Notes under the pieces: generated by a model | The model's database searches: none | The model's input: only the letters and a program-made list of their open reading frames with translations | Told to the model about the DNA's origin: nothing | Translations under genes and position numbers: made by a program | Source of the DNA: an uncultured Gemmatimonadaceae bacterium | Lineage (GTDB): Bacteria > Gemmatimonadota > Gemmatimonadetes > Gemmatimonadales > Gemmatimonadaceae | Assembly: GCA_963829055.1 (NCBI GenBank) | Contig: CAWHHI010000006.1 | Coordinates: forward strand, 544,001-608,000 | Direction of reading: 5' to 3' | Length of the DNA stretch: 64,000 nt | Shown here: in pieces, positions 20,538 through 32,001 of the stretch | Numbering within the stretch: position 1 is the first letter of the stretch | Layout: each line of letters opens with the position of its first letter

Positions 20538-21188
20538 TCAAGCAGCATGCTGCAGTTGATCCATGGTCTCCTGCACAATCTCGATCTCGTCGCCGCTGAC
20601 GGTGTGTCCCATGCCCGGGTAGAGCTTTCGCGTCACCGCTGCACCGAGGCGGCGGAAGACCGTCTCGCTCTCGAGCACGCGCTCGCCGGGATGTGCGGGT
20701 CGACGTCGCTGCAGCCGAGGAACACCGGCGTGCCGTCGAGCGACGTCGTGACGTCGTCCCACGTCGTTCCTGGCGGGCCGATCAGACCCGCCGCTCAGCG
20801 CCATGACGCCGCCGTAGCGTCGCGGGTGGCGGATCGAGAATTCGGACGTTAGGCATGCGCCCTGGGAAAACCCGAGCAGCATGATCTGCTGCGGCGGGAA
20901 TCCCGCGCTCGATGAGATCGCTCACGAGCGACTCGATCACGAACAGGCCCGACGAGATGCCCGGCTCGTTCTGCTCGCGTGGCGCCATGAAGCTGAGCGG
21001 ATACCACGTCCCGCCAGCGGCTGCCGGCGCCAGGTACACGAAGTCGGGCCGATCGAGGACCGCCGAACGAGCTCGAGGATGTTCGCCGGGGCCGGCGTTC
21101 CGGCCGTGAATCATGATCATGGCGGCACGTGCGGTCGTCGAGCGGCGGCGCCGGCGCGCAGGATCGGCTGACCGGCGTGTGGCTGCAT
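20538..21188 (-). CDS. Phospholipase/carboxylesterase (frameshifted)
   Basis: MIHGR, WYPLSFMAP, LLGFSQGA, YPGMGH. Confidence 0.85.
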
Positions 21189-21206
21189 TGGTCGAGAATC
21201 TGCCGG

Positions 21207-22154
21207 TCAGTAGCGAACGTTAGGCAGCTGCGCTTCGATCTCGGTCCGGTGCGGCTCTTCCCACGGCGGCAGCTTGAGCGCCGCGTCCGAGCTCGGCCAC
21301 CGGCTCGTCGACCGGGAAGCCGGGCCGCATCGTCGCGATCTCGAACAACACGCCGCCCGGCTCGCGGAAGTAGATCGACTTGAAAGTACTGCCGGTCGCG
21401 CACGGCGGTGACCTGCGCGCGCCCGACCAGCTCCTCGCGCAGTCTTCAGCTGCTCGTCCTCGCTGCCGATGGCCATCGCGACGTGGTGCACGGTGCCGAG
21501 CCCGTTCTTCGCCCACGCCGCATCGCCGGCATGGACAATGTCCATCACCTTGCCTGGGCCGTCGCCGTTGACGGCGACGCGAATGCGGCCCTCCATCTCG
21601 TTCACGACCTCGAAGCCGAGCATGTCGCGCATGAACTCCACGGTCCGGCGCGGCTCGCGGACCTCGAGCGACACGCTGTGGAGGCCCGCGCACGGCAGAC
21701 GTCGCGTCTACACCGCCGGCGGTCCACGGGGACACGCGTATCCTGCGTCGTTCGCCACGAGCTCGATGACGAGGCCCGATGGGTCGGTGATGACGATCGA
21801 CTCTTCGCCGAATCGCGGCGGGCGCGTCGGTCACCGTGTAGCCGCGCTCGCGAAGGCGCGTCTTCCAGGCGTCGAGTGAACCGGCGGGAACGGAGAACGA
21901 CGTGACGGTGATCTGTCCCGCGCCCTTGATGCCCGAGCGGCACGCCTCGGCCCTTGTAGGGAAAGGTCGTCCAGATCGTTCCGGGATGGCCGACCTCGTC
22001 GCCGTAGTAGAAGTGGTAGACGAAGTGGTTGTCGAAGTTGACCGTCTTCTTCACGAGACGCATGCCGAGCGCGTCGACGCTGAAGTCGAGGTCGTCCTGG
22101 GCGTCCGTCGACCGTCGCCGTGACGTGATGCAGCCCGAGGATCGGAGAGCTCAT
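21207..22154 (-). CDS. Ring-cleaving dioxygenase, VOC/MhqO-like (frameshifted)
   Basis: [48 protein letters not shown]. Confidence 0.88.
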
Positions 22155-22274
22155 GGGGTGATGTAAAGCCTCAGCGGCGCGTCCAGCAAGGTTCCCGCTG
22201 ACACCGCAAGTAACATTGCGTGGTATGTTCGACCACGGCATTTCAGTCGACACCGCCTCTGCACGGGAACTCAT

Positions 22275-22828
22275 ATGACGACGTGCTGACTCGGCCCGAC
22301 CGAACGGAAGCTGCCGAGTACTACTACACGTACATCGATCAGGTGCCGCCGGATGCCGACATGCTCCGCATGCTCGAAGACGCAGCTTCCCGAGACGGTG
22401 AGCTGCTCGAGGGGATCTCGGACGAACAAGTCGCTGCACCGGTACGCACCGGACAAGTGGAGCATTCGCGAGGTGGTGAGCCACATCAACGATACAGAGC
22501 GAGTGTTCGTGTTCCGCGCCTGTGGTTCGCCCGCGGCCTCGAGCCGGCGATTGCCGAGCTTCGATCAGGACGTCGCGACTGGCGGCGCGTACGCGGACGA
22601 GCGACCCTGGCGTCAACACATCGATGAGTTCCGCGCGGTTCGCGCGGCGTCGCTGCGCGTTCTTCAAGCATCTGCCCGACGACGCGTGGACGCGTCGTGG
22701 CGATTGCGAGCGGCAATCCGTTCACGGTGCGCGCGCTCGCGTACATCACGGCCGGGCACGTCAGCGCACCACATGCGGATCCTGCTCAGGGAGCGGTATC
22801 TGTACGCGCGCGCCGTCGCCCGCCGTGA
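22275..22828 (+). CDS. DinB family protein (frameshifted)
   Basis: EAAEYYYTYI, RYAPDKWSIREVVSHINDTER, LPSFDQD, AGH..HH. Confidence 0.8.
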
Positions 22829-24362
22829 TACGGCCGATCGACCACCTGTATCGCGGCGCGCGACCGCGTCGCCTAACGCGGTCGCGATCGCCGGGCCGGG
22901 TGAGCCGCTCACGTACGCCGAGTCTGGTAGCGTCGGTCGAGGCGCTCGCGGCCGCGCTCCAGTCGATCGATCCGATGGATCGGGAGCCGCGTCGGCATCT
23001 GCGCCCGGAACACGGTCGAGCACCTGTTCGCGTTGCTCGCGACGTACGCGGCCGGCAAGGTGTGGGTGCCGCTCAACCCGACGAACAGCGCGCGCCGACC
23101 TCGATCGAATGATCGCCGCGACGCGTCCGACGCTGATCATCGCCGACGAATCGAGCGCTCGATCGCTTCACGCCGACCGACGCGCCAGTCGATCCTGGCG
23201 AAGACGAGCGTTCGCCGGGCGAGGAGTCGACCGAGCGTTCGGCGGACTCATCGCCGACTGGCACGGCCGACGACCGACCGTGGTCGATCGCGCGGACGAC
23301 GGCGACGCGCAGATCATCAAGTTCAGCGGCGGAAGCACCGGCGCGCCGAAGCCGGTCGTGCAGTCGGTCCGCTGCGTGAACGCGCAGGTCGACGGAATCC
23401 TCGGCGTGCTTCGAGCTCGACGCGGGCGACGTCAATCTCATCGCCGCGCCGCTCACGCACGGGGCGTCGTGCTTCGTGCTGCCGATCCTCGCCGTGGGTG
23501 GACCGGCACGTGCTGGTCGAGGATCCGAAGCCGCCTCGCGTGCTCGACGCTATCGAGTCGCACGGCGTGACGACAATGTACGCGCCGCCGACGCTCATCT
23601 ACGGTATGCTCGACGACGCCTCCGTCCACGGGCGGAACTACACGCAGCCTGCGTCACGTGATCTACTCGGCCGCGCCCATGCGACCGGAGCAGATCCGCG
23701 AGGCGCAGCGCGTGTTCGGGCCGGTGATCGAGACGGCCTACGGTCAGGTGGAAGCGCCGCAGATCGTGACGGCCATGCGCGCGACGGAGCTCGCGCGCGA
23801 CGAGAATCTGGCGTCGATCGGGCGGCCGTCCCCGGTGGCGGAGGTGGCGATCATGAGCACCGACGGGCGAGCTGCTGCCTAACGGCGAGATCGGGCGAGA
23901 TCGTGGTGCGTGGCCCACTCGTCATGAACGGCTATCTCGATCGGCCCGACATGACGGCCGAGACGATCGTGGACGGCTGGCTGCATACCGGCGACCTCGG
24001 GCTGATCGACGATCGCGGCTACGTGTTCATTCGCGGCCGACTGCGCGAGGTGATCAACAGCGGTGGGTTCAAGGTCTTTCCGGGCGACGTCGAGGCTGCG
24101 CTCGCGAAGCATCCCGCGGTCGCCGAGTGCAGCGTGTTCGGCGTGCGCTGACGAGAAGTGGGGCGAGGCGGTGCACGCCGCCGTGCAGGCTGGTGCCCGG
24201 CGTGCGGTGAGCGCTGCGGAGCTGATCGCGTTCGTGAAGGCGGAGCTCGGGTCGGTGAAGGCGCCGAAGGCGATTCACTTCGTGACGCGAGCTTCCGAGG
24301 AATGCGGCGGGGAAGGTGAGTCGCGCTGCGGTACGTCGGCTGATCGAGGACGCACGCCCTAG
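22825..24362 (+). CDS. AMP-binding acyl-CoA synthetase (multiple frameshifts)
   Basis: KFSGGSTGAPK, YGQVEAP, WLHTGDLG, RGRLREVINSGG, KAPK. Confidence 0.88.
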
Positions 24363-24674
24363 CGCCTGACTAGCTGCGGCACTGCAGGCTGCGCGCTGGG
24401 AACGATCTGCCGACGGCTGCATGCTGCGGCCGCACGCTGCCCGCTGCTGCTATTAGCGCCCGGCGACCTCCGCGCTGCCGCTCGCTGACGGTCTGCCTCG
24501 AACTCGCCAGTCACGCAGCGACTGACGCAGCGATGGCGGCTCGTAGCCGTTCGCCAGGCGGGACTGAAACCTGATGACCGACGACCGAGAACTCACGACG
24601 TGCTACCGGTGAGACCGGTCGCGATGCCGGCCTCTAAACCAGCCTCGAACCTTTTCGCCAATTCGCCTGTCTCA

Positions 24675-24693
24675 CCTTCAGACAATCTGAAGG
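24675..24693. promoter_or_regulatory. Palindromic PadR operator candidate
   Basis: CCTTCAGA-CAA-TCTGAAGG adjoining the padR RBS. Confidence 0.6.
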
Positions 24694-24705
24694 AGAGCCG
24701 GAACG

Positions 24706-25066
24706 ATGGCCGAACGAGCCGGGCGAACTGCTGCAGGGCACCCTCGAGATGATGGTGCTCAAGACGCTGTCCCTCGAGCCGATGCACGGGTGGGGGATCG
24801 CGCAGCGCATCCAGCAGATGTCCAAGGACGTCTTCCTCGTGACGCAGGGGTCGCTCTACCCCGCGCTCATCCGCATGAAGCGCCGCGGATGGCTCACGAC
24901 GTCGTGGCGCGTCACCGAGAACAGCCGGCGCGCGCGGTACTACGAGCTCACCGCCGCGGGACGGCGACAGCTTGGCGTCGAGCAGGCGTCGTGGCAGCGC
25001 GCGTCCGCCGCCGTCGACTGGGTCATGAACGCCCGTTGGGCTACCGATGGAGGAGGAAGCGCATGA
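24706..25066 (+). CDS. PadR-family transcriptional regulator (frameshift near the 5' end)
   Basis: LLQGTLEMMVLKTL..PMHGWGI..QGSLYPAL..RRARYYELTAAGR. Confidence 0.9.
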
Positions 25067-25075
25067 GCATGCGAG

Positions 25076-27732
25076 CATGTTCTCGGACATCGTCGAGCGC
25101 GTACGCTCGATCATCTTCCGGCGCCGCGACGAGCGCGAGCTCGCCGAGGAGCTGCGACTTCCACGCGACATGGAAGCGGAGCAGCTCGAGCGTCGCGGAC
25201 AGAGCCCGAGCGAGGCTCGCCGGCGGAGCGCACTGGCGCTCGGCGGCGTCGAGCGGGTGAAGGACGACGTCCGCGACGCGCGCGGCACGCGACTCCTCCA
25301 CGACGGCGGGCGCGACTTCGGCTTCGCGCTGCGCACGCTCGCGCGCAATCCCGGCTTCGCGACGGTCGCCATCCTGACGCTCGCCGTCGGCATCGGCGGA
25401 ACGACGGCCGTGTTCAGCGCCGTCGACGCGGTGCTGCTCCAGCCGCTGCCGTACCAGCAGCCCGGCCAGCTCGTTCGGCTCTATTACACGGACGCACGAC
25501 GCAAGGAGGACCGTGGCGTCGTGACACCCGTGCACTTTCTCGACTACCGCGCAGAGCATGGCGTCGTTCGGGTCGATGGCGGCGCTCGTTCCTGTACAAC
25601 GAGACCGGCGCCGACATCGGCACCGGCGACGACGTCAGGCGCATCCGATTGCTCCCGGTCAGCGCCGACTACTTCGACGTCGTGCGCGTGCAGCCGGTCG
25701 ATCGGGCAGCGCGTTCGGACGCGACGAGGAGAACGGCGGAGCGACGGTCGTCGTCCTCAGCCACGCGCTGTGGAAGGAACGGTTCGGCGCGAAGCCCGTC
25801 GGCCGTCGGCCAGTCACTGACGATGAACGGCCGATCGTACACGGTGGCCGGCGTGATGCCCGACGGATTCGTCGATCCGCTCGCCGGCGCGGTCGACGCG
25901 TGGGTGCCCGGGGACCTCGGCCCGGGTCGGGATCTCGACAACGTCGACAATCACTATCTCTCCGTCATCGCGCGGCTGCGCCCGGACGTGACGATCGCGC
26001 GGGCGCAGGGCGGAGCTCGACCGACTCAGCGCGACGCTGGCCGAGCGGTATCCGCGACGCGCGGTACGCGGGCGCGAGGCTCGACCCACTCAAGGAGGAC
26101 ATCGTCGGGGAATCGAGCGGCCGCTCCAGATCATGCTCGGCGCCGTGGCGCTGGTGCTCGTGCTGATCTGCGTGAACCTCGCGAACCTGCTGCTCGTGCG
26201 CGGCATCGGACCGCGCGCGCGAGTTCGCGCTCCGTTCTGCGTTAGGCGCGGAGCGGCGGCGACTCGTCCGGCAGACACTCATCGAGAGCCTGACGCTGGC
26301 GCATCGCCGGCGACATCGCGGGTATCGTCGTGGCGCGGTTCGCGATGACGGCGATCGTCGCGACTCGGCGCCGGCTCGATCCCGCGACTCTCGTCGCTCA
26401 CGCTCGAGCCGCGACTGCTCGCTGTTCTCGCTCGTCATCGCGTCGCTCAGCGCTCTCGGGTTCGGGCTCGCGCCGGCGCTACGAGCGGCGAGGACGCAGC
26501 CCGGCGACGTGCTTCGCGAGCAGAGCCGCTCGTCGACGAGCGGCGGCGTGCAGATGCGACTACGGCAGTGGCTCGTCGTGTCGCAGGTCGCGCTCGCGTT
26601 CGTGCTGCTCGTGGGCGCAGGGCTGCTGATCGCGAGCTTCCAGCGAATCCGGCAGGTGCCGCTCGGCGTCAAGCCCGACGGGCGTGCTGACGTTCGAGCT
26701 GCACTTGCCGGACGCGCGCTACGATTCGACGGCCCGCGCCCGCTTCTACGAGACGGTGGCCGAGCGGACTGGCCACGCTGCCGGGCGTCGTCGGCGGCGG
26801 GTGGCGTGATCGAAGCTGCCGGCGACGGGCGACTACAACATCTGGGGCACGCGAGCCTGTGACCGGTCCGCTCGCGAACACCGACGCGGTCGAACATAGC
26901 GGCGCAGAATCGCGTCGTCTCCGGGAGATACTTCGACGTCGTCGGCATTCCCCTTGCTCGACGGTCGGCTGTTCGATGAGCACGACGACGCGTCGCGCGC
27001 CGCGCCGCGTGATCGTCAGTCGAGCGGTCGCTGAGCGACTGTTCCCGGGCGTGCGGGCGGTCGGACAGCGCCTGACGACCGGCGACGGCGACCGCGAGAT
27101 CATCGGCGTCGTCGGCCGACGTCGCGCTCGACCCGCAGGGCCGGGCAGGGCGGGTACGTCTATCATCCGCATCGGCAGTTCGCCGGCGACCGAAACTGGG
27201 CGCTCACGCAGGTCGTGCGCACGACGGGCTCGCTGGACGCGCTGCAGGGCAGTGCACGGCGCGTGATCGCGTCGCTCGACCCGCAGCTCGTGATGTACAA
27301 GCCCATGCGCGCTCACCGAGGCGATCGGGCGAGGCGAGGCGCAGCGCGTGTTCACGCTGCGACTGCTGACGACGTTCGCCGGCGTCGCGCTGGCGCTGGC
27401 CGCGCTCGGACTGTTCGGCGTGCTGTCCTACGGCGTGCGGCTCCGCAGCCGCGAGTTCGGGATTCGCATGGCGCTCGGTGCCGATCGCGGGTCGATTCGC
27501 CGCATGGTCATGCGCGAGGGACTGATGGTGACGGCGATCGGCACGCTCCTCGGCTTGTTAGGCGCGGTGGCACTGTCGCGGCTGCATGGCGTCACTGGTC
27601 TTCGGCGTGAGCGCGCTCGACCCGACGGTGATCGTCGGCGCGGCGGTGTTCATGGCGGTCGTCGCGGCGTTTGCGGCCTACTTGCCGGCGCATCGGGCGA
27701 CGTCGGTCGAGCCGAGCACGGTATTGCAGTAG
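25076..27732 (+). CDS. ADOP-type duplicated ABC permease (multiple frameshifts)
   Basis: [59 protein letters not shown]. Confidence 0.88.
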
Positions 27733-27754
27733 GGAAATCCGGCGGCAGTAGGGA

Positions 27755-27900
27755 TATCCGGCGGCGGCATGGCCAGTATGAAGTGCGTCAGTTACTCAGG
27801 TTCAGGTTTCAGGTATCAGGTGCAAAAGCGTTCACCCTGATACCTGAAACCTCCTACTGACGGCTCACACGCTGATAACTGGCCAGGCTGCGAGATGATG
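27755..27900. repeat. Family C palindromic element with a CAGGT(T/A)T heptamer hairpin
   Basis: Homologous to 3937-4139; AGGTTTCAGGTATCAGG pairs with CCTGATACCTGAAACCT. Confidence 0.6.
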
Positions 27901-27907
27901 CCGGCGA

Positions 27908-28351
27908 TCATTCCACCTCGACGTGGCCCTTCATACCTAACGCCGCGTGCGGGTCGCACTGGAAGTAGTACTTGCCGGGCGCCATGGTCACCAGAATGTC
28001 GTGCGTCTGCCCTGGCAGCTGCAGCATTTCCGAAGTCGCGGGGAGCCCCGTCTTGATCGTGTTCGAGTCGGGAAGGAAGTTCACGTTATGCACGCCGACC
28101 TTGAGCGTGTATCGGATCACGTCACCCTTGTGGACCTCGAACTCGCTCGGTGAGAAGCGGCTGCTGGTCTCGTCCGTGACCATCTCGACGACGACCACCT
28201 TGCCACCTGGAGCGGGCGTCACCTCGCCCGACGGCCCCGCCGCTGACGGTGCGGCCGACGGGGAACTGTCCGCCGGCTTCGTCTGCTCGGCGCCCTTGCA
28301 ACCGGCGAAGACGAACAGCGCGCCAAGCGCGAGGACTCTCATGCTGTGCAT
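27908..28351 (-). CDS. Plastocyanin/azurin-family blue copper lipoprotein
   Basis: Lipobox FAGC; type-1 Cu ligands HNV and CDPHxxxxM. Confidence 0.88.
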   Translation of the reverse strand: MHSMRVLALGALFVFAGCKGAEQTKPADSSPSAAPSAAGPSGEVTPAPGGKVVVVEMVTDETSSRFSPSEFEVHKGDVIRYTLKVGVHNVNFLPDSNTIKTGLPATSEMLQLPGQTHDILVTMAPGKYYFQCDPHAALGMKGHVEVE

Positions 28352-28390
28352 TGGATTGTGATTCGGTTGGTGTGTGGAGTCGCGCATCGG

Positions 28391-29194
28391 TCAGAAATCC
28401 TTACGCGCGAACGCGCGAAGTCCGAAGGCGATGGGAAGCGCTGCCCACAAGCTGAGAGCAGCGATGGCGGCGGCCGAACCGGCCGTCGTGCCGAAGAAGC
28501 GCGTGAACACGGCGCCGGTGTAGCCCATGAGCGCCGCAGTATCGGAGTGGAGCACGAGCAACACGCGCGCGAGGTCGATCGGGTTGGCGACGGTGAGCAG
28601 CAATAGCGGGCGCTCCACCGCGTGGTCGCCGAGGACGACCGTCGCGACCAGCACGACGCCGTCATACAACAGCGACGCCAGCAGCCAGATGGCCACGGCG
28701 GTCCCGAGCGCCTTCAGTCGATCCTCGACGCACGTCGCGACGAGGAACGCGAGCGCACCGAACACCACCGTCATCGCCACCGCGGTGCCGAGCAGCGACA
28801 CCACAGCGCCGACATGCCGCGCTTCGACGAGGTCGCGATGCCAGAGCAATGGCGCCGCCACGCCGGCAATCACGGCGGCGCAGAGCGGCAGGGTGAATCC
28901 CAGATACAGCCCCGCGTACAGTCTGCCGCGGCGTACGGGCTGCGCGAGCAGGAGCTCGGTGTAGTCGCGCGAGTTGTAGACGTACACCGTGCCGAAGACG
29001 GCGGTGACGAGCGGCACGACGAACAGCACGATGCTGCCGAGGCTGAGGAGTGCCTTGCTCTCGCCGCCGCCGTAGCGGAGGAGTCCCTCGCCGGTGAGCG
29101 CGAAGAAAAGAGTGTACGCGACCAGCCAGCGGCTGCGAATGAGATCGCGCGTCTGGTAGGCGATGACGCTGCGAACCGTCGACGCGGCGGTCAT
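28391..29194 (-). CDS. nosY: ABC transporter permease NosY
   Basis: Multi-TM protein, ELLLAQPV, NPIDLAR; position in the nos operon. Confidence 0.88.
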   Translation of the reverse strand: MTAASTVRSVIAYQTRDLIRSRWLVAYTLFFALTGEGLLRYGGGESKALLSLGSIVLFVVPLVTAVFGTVYVYNSRDYTELLLAQPVRRGRLYAGLYLGFTLPLCAAVIAGVAAPLLWHRDLVEARHVGAVVSLLGTAVAMTVVFGALAFLVATCVEDRLKALGTAVAIWLLASLLYDGVVLVATVVLGDHAVERPLLLLTVANPIDLARVLLVLHSDTAALMGYTGAVFTRFFGTTAGSAAAIAALSLWAALPIAFGLRAFARKDF

Positions 29195-29904
29195 GCTGCC
29201 CTCCGGGTTCGCATCAACTCGGCGACCGCACGCTCGAGATTGTTCTGCCGCGTCAGGCGCTTGAGGTCCCACACGGGCCCCGCGAAGCACACACGCCCGT
29301 CGGCGAGGAAGACGACGTCATCGGCGAGCTCCTCGAGGTCGCTCATGACGTGTGATGTCACGATGACTGTGCGCCCGGAATGGCGGTCGGCGAGAACCTT
29401 GTCCTTGAGTGTTGCGCTCGACACGGGGTCGAGGCCGGCGGTAGGCTCGTCGAGGATCAGCAGGTCCGGCGAGAACGCGAAGGCGAGCGCCGCGTTGATC
29501 TTTTGCCGAGTCCCGCCGGAGAGCGTGCGCACCGGCTTGTTCAGTTGCTCGCCGAGGTCGAACGACTCGAACAGGGTCTCGTCGGCCGGTCGCGCGTCAC
29601 CGCGCAGGTCGCGCAGCATAGCGTAGAGCTCCGCGCCAGTGAGGTTGCTGGGGAATCGCGGCGCCTGCGGCATGTAGCCGATGCGGGCGCGGAACGACTC
29701 GTCGTCACCTAACGTGTGGCCATCGAACACGATGATTCCGGCGTCCGGCCGGGTGAGACCGAGCACCGACTTGAGGAGCGTCGTCTTGCCGGCGCCGTTA
29801 GGCCCGACGAGAGCCGTCACGCGGCCACGTCCGATTGTGAGGTCTACCGCCTGCAGCACATGAAGCGCGCCGAAGCGTTTGCTCAGCCCTCGCGTCTCGA
29901 TCAT
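29191..29904 (-). CDS. nosF: ABC transporter ATPase NosF
   Basis: GPNGAGKT, LSGG, LDEPTAGLD; position in the nos operon. Confidence 0.9.
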   Translation of the reverse strand: MIETRGLSKRFGALHVLQAVDLTIGRGRVTALVGPNGAGKTTLLKSVLGLTRPDAGIIVFDGHTLGDDESFRARIGYMPQAPRFPSNLTGAELYAMLRDLRGDARPADETLFESFDLGEQLNKPVRTLSGGTRQKINAALAFAFSPDLLILDEPTAGLDPVSSATLKDKVLADRHSGRTVIVTSHVMSDLEELADDVVFLADGRVCFAGPVWDLKRLTRQNNLERAVAELMRTRRAA

Positions 29905-31315
29905 CGGTGTCTCCGGATGGCTGGGGCCGTGTCGGTGAGTGTTTCTGGCGTGAGCGACGGCAGCGCGCGCTCGGCGGCGTCGAGGACCTGCACGAAGGCA
30001 CTGCGCAGGAGAATCAGCGCCGGACCGTGCCGCTCGACGATCATCGAGAAGAGGCGCACGGGATGATGCGGCAGATCGCCGACGCCATCGCGGTCGAGAT
30101 CGTAGCCGCGGTACGCATCCCAGTAGTTCCCAGTGAACGTGCTGGCCGGTGTTCGTGAGTTCGTGGCGACGTCGAACGTGTTGCCGACGAAGTCGTTCGC
30201 GACGAACTCGCCGTCCACGGTGCTGCCATCGAGCTTGATGGCCCACCCGTTGTCGATGAACTGATTATCGTCGCGCGACAATGCGGTTCGCGCCGTCCGC
30301 GACGAGTGCGGTCGTGTTGTCGACGAAGGCGTTATGCTCGAGGTGTGGGTCGCTGATCTCCTTGAGCAGTAGCCCGTACGCCGCGGCGCCGCGGTTTCCC
30401 TCGAACCGGTTGCCCGCCATCGTCACGCGCTTCGTGTACATGACCGCGACACCAGAGCCATTCTCGCGGAACACATTCTCCGTGTAGACGCAGTCGTCGG
30501 AGTACATGAAGTGCAGCCCGTACCGCAGGTTCGACTCGCTGACGTTGTGGCGGACGTCGGTGTCGTGCACGAACTCGAAGTAGATGCCGTCGCGATACCC
30601 GCGAACGTCATTCCTTTCAATGACGATGTGTCGCGAAGACCAGAGGTGAATGCCGTTGCCTGACGATGCTTCGGTCTTCCCCGACGCGCGCAGCACATTG
30701 TCCGCGATGCGGCACCCTTCCACCTGGGCCAGGTAGATCCCGAAGAACCCGTCGTCGATACGGTTCCGTTCGATCGTGCATCCGTGTGCGCCGCTCACCT
30801 TGATGGCCGCGCGGTCATCCACGTTACTGGCGCCGACTCGGCGGAACGTGAGCCCGCGGATCGTCACGCTGTCGGCGGTCACGGCCATGATCGTCGTTCC
30901 CCAACCGCCATCGAGCACCGCCCCCGAATCGCCGACGAGCGTCACGCGCCGATCGACGACAATGGTCGGTTCGCGATAGACGCCGGCTCGCACTGTGATC
31001 ACCGCTCCCGGCGCTGCCCGGCGTACAGCGTCGCGGATGCTCGAAACGGCGCCGTTAGGCGACACCTCGAGCTCCGCCAGCAGCGGACCGACGTACGGCG
31101 GGAGTCAGCAGGCACGTCGGCCGCGGTTTTGTCGTCGCGACGCATCGCCATATGCCCGGAGTGCACGGCCGCCTCCGCTGTCGCCGCGGACTCGGCGTGA
31201 CTCATCGCGGCAGCGCCCGACGACCGCCACGCAATCGCGCCGACGGCCGCTGAATGCCGTCGTGGCGGCAAGCACGGACGTCAGTGCGGCCGAGGATCGT
31301 CCGCCTGGGCGACAC
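29901..31315 (-). CDS. nosD: Nitrous oxide reductase maturation protein NosD (frameshifted; start uncertain)
   Basis: GNGIHLW, RDGIYFEF, RYGLHFMYS, GNYWDAYRGYDLDRDGVGDLP. Confidence 0.9.
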
Positions 31316-31316
31316 G

Positions 31317-31970
31317 TCAGGCACCCACTGTCCGGTGAGCGTCTGCGCCGGCGGCCGTCATGTGCTCGACGCCTAACGTCTTACTTTGCCTGCGGGGTGC
31401 TCGGGGCGCGGATACCACCAACGCGGCCGCGCCGAGAAGTATTGCGAGCCCGGCGGCGATTGCGCCGGTGGACGGCCACGACGTTGCCGTGAAGTTCAAC
31501 AGCTGCTTCGTGCCGATCAGCGGTGGCTGGTACGTCATCCCCGGCACCTTGATGATGGCGTTCTCGAAGTCGAGGTCGTGACCGTAGTCGTATTCCCACC
31601 GCCAGAAATCGGCGATGCCCACCGCGCCGAACAGCGCGAACGCGCCGAGCCATACCATCAGCCATCGTCGCCGTCCCGCCGCGGCGACGGCGAGGCCCGC
31701 GACCGCCAGCGCCGCGACGATCCACGGCATCACCTTCAGCTCGGGAATCGCGTCAGGCGAGATCACCTTCATGCCGATGTAGTGATTGAGCTGGTTGATC
31801 TTCATCAGATCGAATTCGCTCGCGCCGCGAACGGTGTTGATGTGGATCGTCATGCCGAGCCCCTCGGGGTACTGAGGGGCGCCGAGGTGCACCGTCCACA
31901 GCGGTGTCACCAGCATCGTGGCGACGGCGAGTGCCGCCGCCACGACGAGGGCTCTGGAGAGCCGATTCAT
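31317..31970 (-). CDS. Clade II nos membrane protein (NosB-like)
   Basis: PLW..L.APQYPEGL, INQLNHYIGM, WEYDYGHDLD, MTYQPPLIGTKQLLNF. Confidence 0.85.
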   Translation of the reverse strand: MNRLSRALVVAAALAVATMLVTPLWTVHLGAPQYPEGLGMTIHINTVRGASEFDLMKINQLNHYIGMKVISPDAIPELKVMPWIVAALAVAGLAVAAAGRRRWLMVWLGAFALFGAVGIADFWRWEYDYGHDLDFENAIIKVPGMTYQPPLIGTKQLLNFTATSWPSTGAIAAGLAILLGAAALVVSAPRAPRRQSKTLGVEHMTAAGADAHRTVGA

Positions 31971-32001
31971 GATCCTGCTCGGTGAGAGATGCGTGCTCGC
32001 G

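Noticed and set aside
20538..27732. Cluster of apparent pseudogenes or programmed frameshifts
   Set aside because: Indels hit nearly all genes indiscriminately while motifs stay intact; uncorrected long-read error is more parsimonious
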